Shown: piece after piece, positions 7,789-17,040 of the stretch | How positions within the stretch are numbered: position 1 is the stretch's first letter | Layout: each line of letters starts with the position of its first letter | Source of the DNA: a virus | Direction: 5' to 3' (one strand) | DNA length: 43,058 nucleotides | IMG/VR virus record: IMGVR_UViG_3300020138_000003 | Location: 1 to 43,058 of that record | The notes under the pieces: generated by a model | Databases searched by the model: none | What the model was told of the DNA's origin: nothing | Seen by the model: only the letters and a program-made list of their open reading frames with translations | Program-made: the position numbers and the translations under genes

Positions 7789-9260
7789 TGCAGCGCCTTA
7801 AAGACATAGGTTGAAACGCCATTAATCCTTCTGATCGACATAATGAATTTGTGCCCATTCGTCGTTGTAAGTTCATCGCCAGTGTTCGTACCGACAGTAA
7901 ATCCGGACAACGTCAACGCTCCGGCAGAAGCGCCATTCGTCATAAGCAAATCGATGGCACAGTCTTGTGTCGGAGCAGTAATCGTGAGCGCGCTGTTTCT
8001 TGTGCCGTATTGATACGACGACTTTGTATGATCAAGGGTAAAACTCGTCATAGTTCCAAGCGAAGCAGTAACAATGGCAGAACCCCCGCTCCGTGCAACT
8101 GCCGCTGTTTGCGTCGCCGTCAAATTTTGTGGTGCCCCTGTTCCTGCTCCCACCGCGCGGCCTTTGATCTGCGCCTGCGCCATGTCAGCAAGTTTAGCAT
8201 TGCCGACGTAACCATCAGGGACTGTTCCAAAGCGTGCATCATCACCAGCAGCAACTGTCCCTTCCGTTGTGCCCACATTTAGTGTAGCAGCACCACCGAG
8301 GTCCTCAGGTTGCACTGCGGTGCTTGCCAGTACCCCCTCCGCAGCAGTAGCAAAGTCACTTACTTTCTTTCCACTGTCCTTGATGATCTTACCAGTCGTA
8401 CCTGAGAACAGCACAATCCTATCATTGACCGAAGTGATCGGGCCTTGGACATCACCAACGCCCTCAGCTGGAACGCCAGGCAATCCACTGATGCTGATGT
8501 ACCAATTCGAGATCGTGCCTGTGCCCTTGATCGCAGCGACGTCAATGGTAAGCTCACCAGTCGCAGGATCATAGGCCGTGATCGGACCATAAAGCTGGTT
8601 ATCGGTAGGATTGGCAGCATCCCTCGCCACCACCCAATCTCCGGGACGCCACGACTTGCCGATCTCGGTTTGGAAATTCAGGACTGCTTGTTCAATATCG
8701 TGCTCTGTCGTGCTCGTCCCAGAGTACGTAGCGGCAAGCATGGCCAATTCAGCACGATCAGCATCTGCATCGACCTGTGCTACAACACTTGTAATGTCGA
8801 AGATCGGGAACCAGAACCCTTGGCTCAGATCAGCCAACAAATCATCGCTGGACTGGTGCGGAACAAGACAACCAAGGATTAGTGCCCCACCCATTGCATA
8901 GACGAGGTCGTTAGTGAAATATGCAGTCTGTGGCAGCCAAAAACCGCGAGGCAGCAATCCCTGTGACACTACGCGCCAACGCTCAGGGTGAGCAGCAATC
9001 TCTTCTGAGAATGTGCCAGTGCTTGGGCTCGTGTGCTCAATCAGGCAGCGCCACAAGCTGCCCGTCGCTGTATTGACGACACGATCCTCAACCCTATACA
9101 ACGTGTTGTGTGCCCAGATGCCTCTGATGTTCGAAAACACACCAAGCGACCGCAATGTTGCATCAATGATGGTCATATTGTCGTTAACATCATCGTGCCA
9201 TGTCGCGGCATTAAAGTTCGGACGAGACAAACGCAGGGTCGGTGTTGGATTTGTGGTCAT
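7785..9260 (-). CDS. tail fibre/tailspike candidate, 491 aa
   Basis: Called from size, position after the tail-tube-like genes, and Gly/Thr/Ala-rich repetitive segments. Confidence 0.45.
   Translation of the reverse strand: MTTNPTPTLRLSRPNFNAATWHDDVNDNMTIIDATLRSLGVFSNIRGIWAHNTLYRVEDRVVNTATGSLWRCLIEHTSPSTGTFSEEIAAHPERWRVVSQGLLPRGFWLPQTAYFTNDLVYAMGGALILGCLVPHQSSDDLLADLSQGFWFPIFDITSVVAQVDADADRAELAMLAATYSGTSTTEHDIEQAVLNFQTEIGKSWRPGDWVVARDAANPTDNQLYGPITAYDPATGELTIDVAAIKGTGTISNWYISISGLPGVPAEGVGDVQGPITSVNDRIVLFSGTTGKIIKDSGKKVSDFATAAEGVLASTAVQPEDLGGAATLNVGTTEGTVAAGDDARFGTVPDGYVGNAKLADMAQAQIKGRAVGAGTGAPQNLTATQTAAVARSGGSAIVTASLGTMTSFTLDHTKSSYQYGTRNSALTITAPTQDCAIDLLMTNGASAGALTLSGFTVGTNTGDELTTTNGHKFIMSIRRINGVSTYVFKALQ
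8780..8794. repeat. iterated palindrome CTACAACACTTGTAA (1 mismatch)
   Basis: Inside the fibre gene, read as ITSVVA. Confidence 0.9.
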
Positions 9261-11083
9261 CTGAAATACGTCCCGATGTAGTAGATGATGGTAAGTGTTG
9301 CGATGTTGAGAGGTTTATTGGAAGAACCGGACAGCCTGAGCTTCAAAATTTTGAAGTCAGCTGGGTTCTTCCAAGGACGCTCATCTTTCGTACGCCTACC
9401 GCCACCATACGGTTGATCTTGATTACCATAACCTTGGCTATCTCCACCAACGAAATCGAACGATGTCGCCGGATCGAAGTTGCCGTCACGGTCTAGGTAA
9501 TAGTTATCCACGAATGCCTGTAGTGTAAACTGTGCTGTACCGCCAGTATCGATCTGGATATAGGACAGCCGCTTCTTACGGGCGCGCATCCCAAGACTTG
9601 TCCAAGGAAGCTCCCAAGCGAAGTTGATATACTGACCATCAGTGATGTCGAGAAGCCTCCCCGCAGCCTCATCATTCTCGATTGTGTTGGATACATGACT
9701 GATAAGAGCACGGTAAATTTTGTCGCTGTCTGGGTCTTTGAGAATTTGCCCAGCTGTTACAGGGACAGCTTGCTCCCAGACACTGTCGTACTCACCGACT
9801 TTGTCTCCGGTGTACCTCTCATTATCAAAGACGTCGTTGCCGTACTGATAGACTTTAGTTCCTTCGCCAAGGAACACTCTGCCACGAGCCGTGCCACAGC
9901 CACAGGTTGGCTTAAGCCCAAGAATGCGAGAGAACGCTGGGGTTTTGAACGTCTTGCGAAGAACCGATGCTGTCCAACCGATCGTCTCACCCTGCTCATC
10001 GATTACAAAAGTTGTAATGCGCCGTTCGAGCTTGTTGTAGACCGAGAATGCCTTAGCGCGATCCATGCTCTCAAGGCTGACCGAGCCAGCAAACTTCGGG
10101 TCCAACGGTTGGCTGATACCAAACGTCTCAACAAGTCCAAACGTGTTCTTACGAGCCAGATGCCAGCCGGTAGTGTCCGCCATGACAAGATCACGCTCAG
10201 CAGTGATCATCGTCCGATAGTTGATAACACCATGCTCTACGATGTTGTCTTGCACGACTGGCTTGTGAACATCGTTGTCGTCATATTGCCCAAGCTCAAC
10301 CGTGACGATCGAGCCTTCGAATGCAACAATTAGGCTGTTCCTATACGACGCAAGTCCGATGATCTCATTCGTATTCTCAGGCACAAAGCTGCTAAGATTA
10401 TACGAAATGCTATCATTGGGCGGATCATCACCGGGCCAAACGCCGGACGTGCCAGAGCTAGAGATATAGATCGAGCCAAGGGCGGCACTGATCCCAGCCA
10501 TGACGAGATAGTTGCCACAGGTCGTGACGTACCTGCCAATTGGCGTGTTCACGTTCGAGCCAGTTGCTGGATCATCGAGATACTTGACTGAGAACCCAGC
10601 AGATATAATCAGGGGCTTGTCTTGGCCGTTGACGACAACGAGGTCGCCCTTGAACTCTGATGTATCAATGTAAAACTGGCCGGCAGACCAACCATCGGGG
10701 GTTCCGGGAAGCAGCCCAGCAATCGTGCTGTTCCAGATCGCGGTCGGCGTGCCGCTGTTGTCAATCCGTGCGATCTCACCACCGTCAGTAAACGCCAACA
10801 GCGCGCCGTTGAAGTACACGATCTCCAGCAACTGGCCTGTTACAACGTTTGTAACGTCACAGAACAGTTTCGTGCCCCAACGAATGGACAAGGTGCCATC
10901 GTTGTCCTGAACGACATTATCCAGAACCTTGGCAAACTTGCTATTCAGTGTAAGATCGTTGGCTGTTAAATCCAGCCCACCATCGAACCCCGTAATCGAA
11001 ACGTCTCGAAGCTGAACAGACTGCTTCGGAGGCTTAATTCGGGGAAATAAGGACAGTGCTGCCATCGCGATAACCTGCTCCAT
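9257..11083 (-). CDS. tail tubular/nozzle-type protein candidate, 608 aa
   Basis: Synteny only. It is a large ORF after the head module and an adaptor-sized ORF. Confidence 0.4.
   Translation of the reverse strand: MEQVIAMAALSLFPRIKPPKQSVQLRDVSITGFDGGLDLTANDLTLNSKFAKVLDNVVQDNDGTLSIRWGTKLFCDVTNVVTGQLLEIVYFNGALLAFTDGGEIARIDNSGTPTAIWNSTIAGLLPGTPDGWSAGQFYIDTSEFKGDLVVVNGQDKPLIISAGFSVKYLDDPATGSNVNTPIGRYVTTCGNYLVMAGISAALGSIYISSSGTSGVWPGDDPPNDSISYNLSSFVPENTNEIIGLASYRNSLIVAFEGSIVTVELGQYDDNDVHKPVVQDNIVEHGVINYRTMITAERDLVMADTTGWHLARKNTFGLVETFGISQPLDPKFAGSVSLESMDRAKAFSVYNKLERRITTFVIDEQGETIGWTASVLRKTFKTPAFSRILGLKPTCGCGTARGRVFLGEGTKVYQYGNDVFDNERYTGDKVGEYDSVWEQAVPVTAGQILKDPDSDKIYRALISHVSNTIENDEAAGRLLDITDGQYINFAWELPWTSLGMRARKKRLSYIQIDTGGTAQFTLQAFVDNYYLDRDGNFDPATSFDFVGGDSQGYGNQDQPYGGGRRTKDERPWKNPADFKILKLRLSGSSNKPLNIATLTIIYYIGTYFR
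10003..10017. repeat. iterated palindrome TTACAAAAGTTGTAA (0 mismatches)
   Basis: Inside 9257..11083, read as ITTFVI. Confidence 0.95.
10840..10854. repeat. iterated palindrome TTACAACGTTTGTAA (0 mismatches)
   Basis: Inside 9257..11083, read as VTNVVT. Confidence 0.95.
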
Positions 11084-11723
11084 GCCCGATCTCAGTCGCG
11101 GCGGTATTGCTCAGGTAATCAGTGAACGCACTATCGAACACAGCTTGGGCACCCCCAGCAGCATTCGCATTAAGTCCGTCACCACTGAATACTTTCCACA
11201 CTGATCCAAGGATCATCAGGTTCCTGTCGAACGGAATGATCCCATCAGGGTCTGAGAACTCAGTTGGGCGATGTCCTGCGAATACCGCAATCGTCCCTAC
11301 TGCATCAAGCGGATAGAACCGAACGACTTTGGTGGCCAGTTTCGGATCATCCCACATCATCGGCGTACGGTACAGAGGCTCCGAGCCGGTGACGAAATTG
11401 TACTCGTCAGCAACTGCCCAAGGGACAGACCTGCCCCGAGCGTTGTTGATCCTGACTTCTGCAACATCTTCCCAGCGCGTAATCCCATGGGTCTGAGTGA
11501 TGTCTACCCAATCTTCTGTAGTCGTGCCATCGACGCCGTTAAGCGTGAATTTGTGCCACGTCCACAGGTGCTTCCACTTAGCTTTGCCCCACAGAAACTC
11601 AAACGTATCGAAAATCGCAGCATCGATCTGCGGTTCTGCATACGTCTGAACGCTCGTGCCTGGCACAAGACCAAGCCTGATCGTTATATCCGTACGGAGT
11701 TCTTTCAGCTTCGGGTAAGCCAT
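11034..11723 (-). CDS. tail adaptor/tubular protein A-type candidate, 229 aa
   Basis: Synteny only. It is the first gene after the hairpin that closes the head module. Confidence 0.35.
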   Translation of the reverse strand: MAYPKLKELRTDITIRLGLVPGTSVQTYAEPQIDAAIFDTFEFLWGKAKWKHLWTWHKFTLNGVDGTTTEDWVDITQTHGITRWEDVAEVRINNARGRSVPWAVADEYNFVTGSEPLYRTPMMWDDPKLATKVVRFYPLDAVGTIAVFAGHRPTEFSDPDGIIPFDRNLMILGSVWKVFSGDGLNANAAGGAQAVFDSAFTDYLSNTAATEIGHGAGYRDGSTVLISPN

Positions 11724-11725
11724 GA

Positions 11726-11740
11726 TTACAACTCTTGTAA
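11726..11740. repeat. iterated palindrome TTACAACTCTTGTAA (0 mismatches)
   Basis: Intergenic, 2 nt upstream of the start at 11723. Confidence 0.95.
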
Positions 11741-11747
11741 TGAGCTA

Positions 11748-11773
11748 AGGGCTGGGATCGAAACCCCAGCCCT
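11748..11773 (-). terminator. hairpin AGGGCTGGG / CCCAGCCCT closing the head module
   Basis: Read directly. Lies between the stop at 11781 and the palindrome at 11726. Probably an attenuator or stability element, since downstream genes must still be expressed. Confidence 0.4.
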
Positions 11774-11780
11774 GTTTGCC

Positions 11781-12464
11781 TCAGCCGTTGAAGTGCCGAA
11801 TGCCGTGCATACCGCCGTTGCCAGCAGCATTTACGAAGTTCGAGAACTCGCAATCGACCTCGATGATCTTGACGCCATTGAGCGCCGCAGTAGGATCATA
11901 CATCCCGCGCGGATCACCCGTTGTCGCTGTCTGCGGATCAGTAAACACCGGCGCAGCCAACGAACCGGCAGCTCCAGCCACGTTGTCAACGAACTCTTCC
12001 TCGACTTTCATGGTGACATAGGGGAGCCCAAGAGCATCACCCCAGCCAACATTGATCGTAGTTGCGGCGGTGACACCAGCAGTAACCCGATCGATGTACC
12101 GGAAGGCTTTCTTGCCAGCGACAGGAGTGTTGCCATTGAGCGTGAAGCTCTCACGCATCTTCTGTCCAAGGTAGTCGCGGCCGTAAACCGTGACATTGCT
12201 GGTCGCAGCACCCGAGGCAACAACCGTAAGCGCCCGGCCGAACTTGCCCATGATGGCTTCGGTCGGAGCATAGGTCGCAGCAAAGCTTACGGTATCGACA
12301 GCAGCAGCAATCGACTGCCCCGACAGAATGCCATCAGCATCGGCAATAACGGGCGCACCAAGACTGACACGCCCATGCGTCATCTGACCAAGGTCAGCCG
12401 CTGCCTGCATACCCGGAACATAGTAGTTATGCTCAGGCATGAAGCTTCTCTGTGCAGCACCCAT
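11781..12464 (-). CDS. hypothetical head-module structural protein, 227 aa
   Basis: Track ORF with a TAATG overlap with the upstream gene. It is followed by a strong hairpin. Confidence 0.6.
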   Translation of the reverse strand: MGAAQRSFMPEHNYYVPGMQAAADLGQMTHGRVSLGAPVIADADGILSGQSIAAAVDTVSFAATYAPTEAIMGKFGRALTVVASGAATSNVTVYGRDYLGQKMRESFTLNGNTPVAGKKAFRYIDRVTAGVTAATTINVGWGDALGLPYVTMKVEEEFVDNVAGAAGSLAAPVFTDPQTATTGDPRGMYDPTAALNGVKIIEVDCEFSNFVNAAGNGGMHGIRHFNG

Positions 12465-12934
12465 TACGCTGCCCTCCTTTCGATCTCACCTTCGGGGTCA
12501 TAATCGGCAATGATGCCCTGCAAGTGGTTCTTGCCCACCTGCCGAACACAGTTCCGAATGACCTCATCTTCCATTTCCTGATAAGCCCGCTTCCTATCAG
12601 CATCGTGGATGGCCAGCATGAACCTACCGGCCGGGGTAGACACGTCAGTTGCCTGCTCTCGGTTGAGAACGTTCGGCTGACGATGAAAACCGCGACGAAT
12701 AAGCTCTTTCTGACCCATCCGATAGCAATGCCCAGACGGAAGATAGACCATGAAGCCCGCGGGCAGGACAACCTGCTCGCGTTCATTGTTCGTTTTGCCC
12801 TCAAGGCTAGGGTCAGCCTCACGCTGCCTAGCACTTGGGGGCGGATTGGTGACCTGCCTCTTGATCGTGCCGGGAATTTCCCTGACAACGAACTCAAGCC
12901 GCGGACCTTTGAGACTTTCGCTCGATGTGCCCAT
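12464..12934 (-). CDS. hypothetical head-module protein, 156 aa
   Basis: Track ORF. A palindrome copy lies 2 nt upstream of the ATG. Confidence 0.6.
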   Translation of the reverse strand: MGTSSESLKGPRLEFVVREIPGTIKRQVTNPPPSARQREADPSLEGKTNNEREQVVLPAGFMVYLPSGHCYRMGQKELIRRGFHRQPNVLNREQATDVSTPAGRFMLAIHDADRKRAYQEMEDEVIRNCVRQVGKNHLQGIIADYDPEGEIERRAA

Positions 12935-12936
12935 TG

Positions 12937-12951
12937 TTACAACCCTTGTAA
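12937..12951. repeat. iterated palindrome TTACAACCCTTGTAA (0 mismatches)
   Basis: Intergenic, 2 nt upstream of the start at 12934. The spacer reads GGG on the coding strand. Confidence 0.95.
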
Positions 12952-12954
12952 TGC

Positions 12955-13905
12955 TCAGTTGGTGCCGTAGGCGTGGTTCCGATAGTTACTCCACGAGCAC
13001 AGCTGGTACTCCATGATGTAACGACGGCCAATCGCGTCTTGGTTCCAAGGAGCCGACAGTTCCTTGAGCTTCATGTTCGCCGACTTGAGAATATGCACAT
13101 GCAGGAAGTTCTCATTGGCGAAATAGAAGTCATCGGGGGCCAAGAACTCGTCGTAGATGACGGGCGTGCTCTGATGCGTCGTGCCCTTGATGCCCAGATT
13201 GATCAGCTGCTTGCCGAAACCAGTCTCACCGAGGCTGATCTGGGTCTTGTCCCGAGCCGCAGCACGATGGGTACGATAGATATTGCGCCCAACGAAGATC
13301 ACAGTCGGGCTTTCGCCGTCATGCGTCAGGTCAAGCAGAATATCATCGAACGCCTCTTCAATATTGCCGGCATTGAGCCCGCCATTGAAGTCGTAGCTCG
13401 ACGGCCGGAACAGATTTTCGTTGGCAAGATTGATGCCACCGATGGTCCCGGAAGTCGGATCGCTCGGAATGAGGTTCGGAAGGCCGTTCGGCGCGGAACC
13501 GGAGTTCAGATTGGCAGCATAAACACGCTGCGTCTTCTTGAACGCGTGCTCCAGAGCTTCGAGCTTGGCCGTGAGGATTTTAACGATGACAGCATCGCCC
13601 TGATTTTCATCAGTCTCCTGATCCGACATGATGAGCGTACCGACGATACGCGTCATGTCGTAGTTCACAGTCGTAAGCTCGTTGGTTTCATCAACCGGGA
13701 CAGTATCGTAATACGTCGCGGTCGTGACGTTCGGATTGCTGCCGACGATCAGCGGGTTGCTGATGTTCGGGCCACCATCTTCCATCTTGATGCGGTTCTT
13801 TGCAGCAAGGTAGGAGAAAATCCCACCCGGAAGCGTGGCTGCAAGGATCAGACGCTTACGGCTACGAGTAGCCATTGCGTGCATGAGAGTTTCGGGTCTA
13901 ACCAT
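12955..13905 (-). CDS. major capsid protein candidate, 316 aa
   Basis: Lies immediately after the scaffold gene. Strong GAGGGA Shine-Dalgarno sequence. Size typical of HK97-fold coat proteins. Confidence 0.7.
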   Translation of the reverse strand: MVRPETLMHAMATRSRKRLILAATLPGGIFSYLAAKNRIKMEDGGPNISNPLIVGSNPNVTTATYYDTVPVDETNELTTVNYDMTRIVGTLIMSDQETDENQGDAVIVKILTAKLEALEHAFKKTQRVYAANLNSGSAPNGLPNLIPSDPTSGTIGGINLANENLFRPSSYDFNGGLNAGNIEEAFDDILLDLTHDGESPTVIFVGRNIYRTHRAAARDKTQISLGETGFGKQLINLGIKGTTHQSTPVIYDEFLAPDDFYFANENFLHVHILKSANMKLKELSAPWNQDAIGRRYIMEYQLCSWSNYRNHAYGTN

Positions 13906-13914
13906 TGTGGTCCC

Positions 13915-15012
13915 TCAGAGGTTCTTGATGTCGGCAAGCACAGACTTACCGATGTCTGCATAACTTTCATCACCGCTGATAGAGCGACGACGACGATGAC
14001 GAGGCTGGCCGGGTTCACGAAGCGGCTTCTGCTCTCGGCGCTGCGTTACAACACTTGTAACGCCACCACGCTTGAGAACTTCGTAATGCAGCTTCTCCCA
14101 ATACTGGTCGATCGTCTGCGGCTTCCTACCATTCGCAATATCCGTCTCACGCGCTCGCATGAGTATCTGACCGAGAGCCTTCGCACCGCCATTAAGCGTC
14201 TCAGCGAAAGTCTCAGCCTCAGGATTGCGATCAAAGAAGCCGTTGACCTGATGTTCCAGTTCAGCCTGTGCGGCACGGTCTGCCGTCATATCGCTGACGG
14301 GCTTAAGCCTCTCGTCAACGTGGGACTTGATTTCAGAAACTATGGCGCTCAGGTCAATCCCATTGCCTGCCACGCCAAGTTGCTCAATACCGACCCCAGC
14401 GAGCTTTGCCTTTGTCAACATCAGCTTGATGCCGTCAAGGGGGTTTTTCTTATAAGCCGTCGCCACGTCGAACATAAGCTTCTGTTCATCGAAGTTCAGG
14501 CCCGCACTCTCGAACATGTTCTTGTTCTTTTCGAGCGTGGTATAGCGCGTATACAGGTCACGTGCAGCGCCCGAAAGCTCCTGCAACCGACTTGCCATCT
14601 TGCGGTTCTGCTGACGCTCCGCACCAATGACACGACGAGCGCCCTCGAAGTTGCGCCGTTCCCGACCAGCAGCAGCAATCATCTTGCCGTTGAGATACAG
14701 CGAGCCGTTACGATCTTCGAGCTTGGTGCGCGGATCGTAAATATCGGGCTGCCTTACAACAGTTGTATCAGGCTTGCCCGGCTGCTTGCCCTTGGTTTTA
14801 CCAGCAAGCGGGGGATCGTTCTGATCATCACTACCACTGTCGTCATCATCGCCCTGATCATCGTCGCCCTGATCATCATCATTATCAGGAGCAGCGTCGT
14901 CGTCGTTGAGATCATCGAGATCAAGATCATCATTGTCGTTGCTGTTATCATCATCGACCTCATGGCCTGTGATGTCATTGAGCAGTTCGTTTTCCACGTC
15001 CTTGTCAGGCAT
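13915..15012 (-). CDS. scaffolding protein candidate with an extreme poly-acidic N-terminus, 365 aa
   Basis: Lies between the portal and capsid genes. Helical, charged sequence. Contains a D-rich tract of about 60 aa. Confidence 0.6.
   Translation of the reverse strand: MPDKDVENELLNDITGHEVDDDNSNDNDDLDLDDLNDDDAAPDNDDDQGDDDQGDDDDSGSDDQNDPPLAGKTKGKQPGKPDTTVVRQPDIYDPRTKLEDRNGSLYLNGKMIAAAGRERRNFEGARRVIGAERQQNRKMASRLQELSGAARDLYTRYTTLEKNKNMFESAGLNFDEQKLMFDVATAYKKNPLDGIKLMLTKAKLAGVGIEQLGVAGNGIDLSAIVSEIKSHVDERLKPVSDMTADRAAQAELEHQVNGFFDRNPEAETFAETLNGGAKALGQILMRARETDIANGRKPQTIDQYWEKLHYEVLKRGGVTSVVTQRREQKPLREPGQPRHRRRRSISGDESYADIGKSVLADIKNL
14046..14060. repeat. iterated palindrome TTACAACACTTGTAA (0 mismatches)
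   Basis: Inside the scaffold gene, read as VTSVVT. The arms extend to 9 bp (GCGTTACAA/TTGTAACGC). Confidence 0.95.
14754..14768. repeat. iterated palindrome TTACAACAGTTGTAT (1 mismatch)
   Basis: Inside the scaffold gene, read as DTTVVR. Confidence 0.9.
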
Positions 15013-15027
15013 CGTGTCGTCTCCAAA

Positions 15028-17040
15028 TTAAGCAGGGATCGCTTGGTCATTCGGCGGAGGGGGTTGCGTACCATCAGCAGCTGGAGCACCCGCCGAGGCT
15101 GCCCCAAGATTACGCTGAATTTCTTGCAAGAGCAGCTGTTCATCTTGCTTTGTAAAGTTAAACTCGCTGAACGCGGTAGAGAACAAGCGCGTAGCAATCG
15201 TCATTGCCGTCATTGGTGCAGCCTGCGCGAACTGGCCAAGTGCTTGCACGATCTGAATAGCCTCGCGTTTCTTGTTCTCAGACGTAGGCTTCTCTGTCGA
15301 GCCCGCAGCGACGGTCATAGCGAAGGCTGCATTGAACTCTTCAACAGACAGAGGCTCGAAAGGTTCAGCGTTGATCGGCCCAATGAGCGAGGCAACCTGT
15401 TCCTTGTCGTACTTGCTGACAAAGAGTTCAGCCATTGACCAGCCCAACTCTTCAAGTGTATCCTCAACAGCATCAGTCAGTTCATTCGTGACCGTAGCTG
15501 CCTGATTGTTGTACTCTTGGATAGCCTTGTTGGTCGTGTTGGTTCTGAACTGATCACCGCGTTGGTGCGGGGCAAACGAGTTGACCCGATCAATGGTTTT
15601 CATCAGATCGGACTTATCATATAGCGTCGGCAGCTGAGCATCAGGAGGAACGAACAGCTGGAACACGTCAGTAAGTTTGGCCTCAGGGTCCCACTCAACA
15701 CCGATCGCATCGAACTTCTTGGGGTTCTTCATATGCGATATGAGTTTCGCGACCGCCGTGTCCTTTACAACTTTTGTATTGTAGATGAGTTCTCCGAACG
15801 CGAGCCTGCGGATGAACGATGTGCGCTCATTGATGTCATTCACTTCCTCAGCAGCACCAGAGTAGGTCGAGCTTTCACCCGGCTGCACAACTCCATCGAG
15901 TGGCTCAGTATAGTAAATGATGAAGTGCTGAAAGAACCGGCTGAGCTTGAGATTATCCTCCCAGACCCAAATCGGATACTTCATGTCATCGGCGATGTAT
16001 AGACTGATCTCGCGTGTGAGCTTGTCCCAGATGATGTAGCAGCGTGTCTTGTCCTTGGCCAAGATTTCCTGCCGTTCGTCGGGAGTGAAACCAGTAACCT
16101 GCTGAACGACACGCTCACGCACACCTTCGGCAGCGTCAGTTCCAATAGTCGCCCCCATACGCTGCACTTCCGTACCGTCGGACTTGCGCGTGTAGACACC
16201 CTTCTCTTCCTCATCAAGGAACTTGCTCTTGATGTACGCAGTGGAAATGAAGATTTCCTCTGCAAGCCAATCACAGTCCGAGAGATCAGCAAGCGTACAG
16301 TTCGGATCGATGATGACGCGGTGCGGGAGGGTAACTCCCAACGTCATGCCCTGATTGGAATAAAGCGGCAGCATTTCCTCATTCTGCTCAAGCTGCGCGT
16401 AGAGGTCATCGAGCGTAGCTGTATCCTTGGCGTCCTTGAGCTTCTGCCTAATCTCATCACGATTGGCCAAAGCTTCCTGACGCGACCCAGCCTTGTCCTG
16501 ATAGCCCAGCTTGAGGATGCCAAAGTTCGTCAGGTGCGCATGGACGATGGCGCGACGAATGCGCTGCTTAGCATTGAGCCCTGGGTACACCCTACGATTG
16601 AGCAGTGCGCTCACACCCAAGGTCAAAGCCTTAGCAAGGTCTTGCTTAGCAGGATCAAGCGAGCTAAACTCGATCTTCGGGTTGCGCGTGTACGTAGTAC
16701 GCAGAAGCGTTTTAACATTCTCGCGCACGAGGTTTTCGTCAGTGCGCCGAGTTGTTACAAGTTTTGTATCAGTAAGCTCTGCGTCGGACGGACCGACTTT
16801 GCGATAGTCCGCGTATGCCTGATCCCAAAGCGAGCGCTCATTCTGTGTAGCAGAGATCGCATCTTTGATCTTCTGGTCCCATGCAGGGCCAGCCTTCTTA
16901 CTGACTGGGATCGAAGCATCACCGATCATGACATAGGCGGGGAGATTGTCTAGCTCAGCATTGGCTTCTTCAAGCTCTTCATCATCGAGAACTTGATCAA
17001 CAACATTGGAGCGAACAGATTTCAGTGAAGCTCGTGCCAT
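15028..17040 (-). CDS. portal protein candidate, 670 aa
   Basis: Called from size and position directly downstream of the large terminase, which it overlaps. Confidence 0.7.
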   Translation of the reverse strand: MARASLKSVRSNVVDQVLDDEELEEANAELDNLPAYVMIGDASIPVSKKAGPAWDQKIKDAISATQNERSLWDQAYADYRKVGPSDAELTDTKLVTTRRTDENLVRENVKTLLRTTYTRNPKIEFSSLDPAKQDLAKALTLGVSALLNRRVYPGLNAKQRIRRAIVHAHLTNFGILKLGYQDKAGSRQEALANRDEIRQKLKDAKDTATLDDLYAQLEQNEEMLPLYSNQGMTLGVTLPHRVIIDPNCTLADLSDCDWLAEEIFISTAYIKSKFLDEEEKGVYTRKSDGTEVQRMGATIGTDAAEGVRERVVQQVTGFTPDERQEILAKDKTRCYIIWDKLTREISLYIADDMKYPIWVWEDNLKLSRFFQHFIIYYTEPLDGVVQPGESSTYSGAAEEVNDINERTSFIRRLAFGELIYNTKVVKDTAVAKLISHMKNPKKFDAIGVEWDPEAKLTDVFQLFVPPDAQLPTLYDKSDLMKTIDRVNSFAPHQRGDQFRTNTTNKAIQEYNNQAATVTNELTDAVEDTLEELGWSMAELFVSKYDKEQVASLIGPINAEPFEPLSVEEFNAAFAMTVAAGSTEKPTSENKKREAIQIVQALGQFAQAAPMTAMTIATRLFSTAFSEFNFTKQDEQLLLQEIQRNLGAASAGAPAADGTQPPPPNDQAIPA
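15765..15779. repeat. iterated palindrome TTACAACTTTTGTAT (1 mismatch)
   Basis: Inside the portal gene, read as NTKVVK. Confidence 0.9.
16755..16769. repeat. iterated palindrome TTACAAGTTTTGTAT (1 mismatch)
   Basis: Inside the portal gene, read as DTKLVT. Confidence 0.9.

Noticed and set aside
9341-9356. Perfect 16-bp palindrome CTTCAAAATTTTGAAG inside the 608-aa gene
   Set aside because: It is a single occurrence and differs from the iterated motif (TTCAAA versus TTACAA). It has no related copies, so it may be chance in AT-rich codons.
11831-11845. TTACGA-N3-TCG variants (11831, 14708, 23954) as a second palindrome class
   Set aside because: The right arms (TCGAGA, TCGAGC, TCGGAC) do not complete the dyad TCGTAA. 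Three hits of a 9-nt pattern are only modestly above expectation (about 0.3). They may be decayed copies, but this is not supportable by eye.
11271-12503. 410-aa plus-strand ORF across the head/tail junction
   Set aside because: It is antisense to two tightly coupled minus-strand genes and reads through the 11748..11773 hairpin and a palindrome copy. It has no RBS. I judge it a shadow ORF.
12973-15438. 821-aa plus-strand ORF, the second longest in the track
   Set aside because: It lies antisense to the capsid, scaffold and portal genes. Its sequence is low-complexity (runs of I, V, R). It lacks an RBS and breaks the otherwise uniform minus-strand operon. I judge it a shadow ORF of the real genes.
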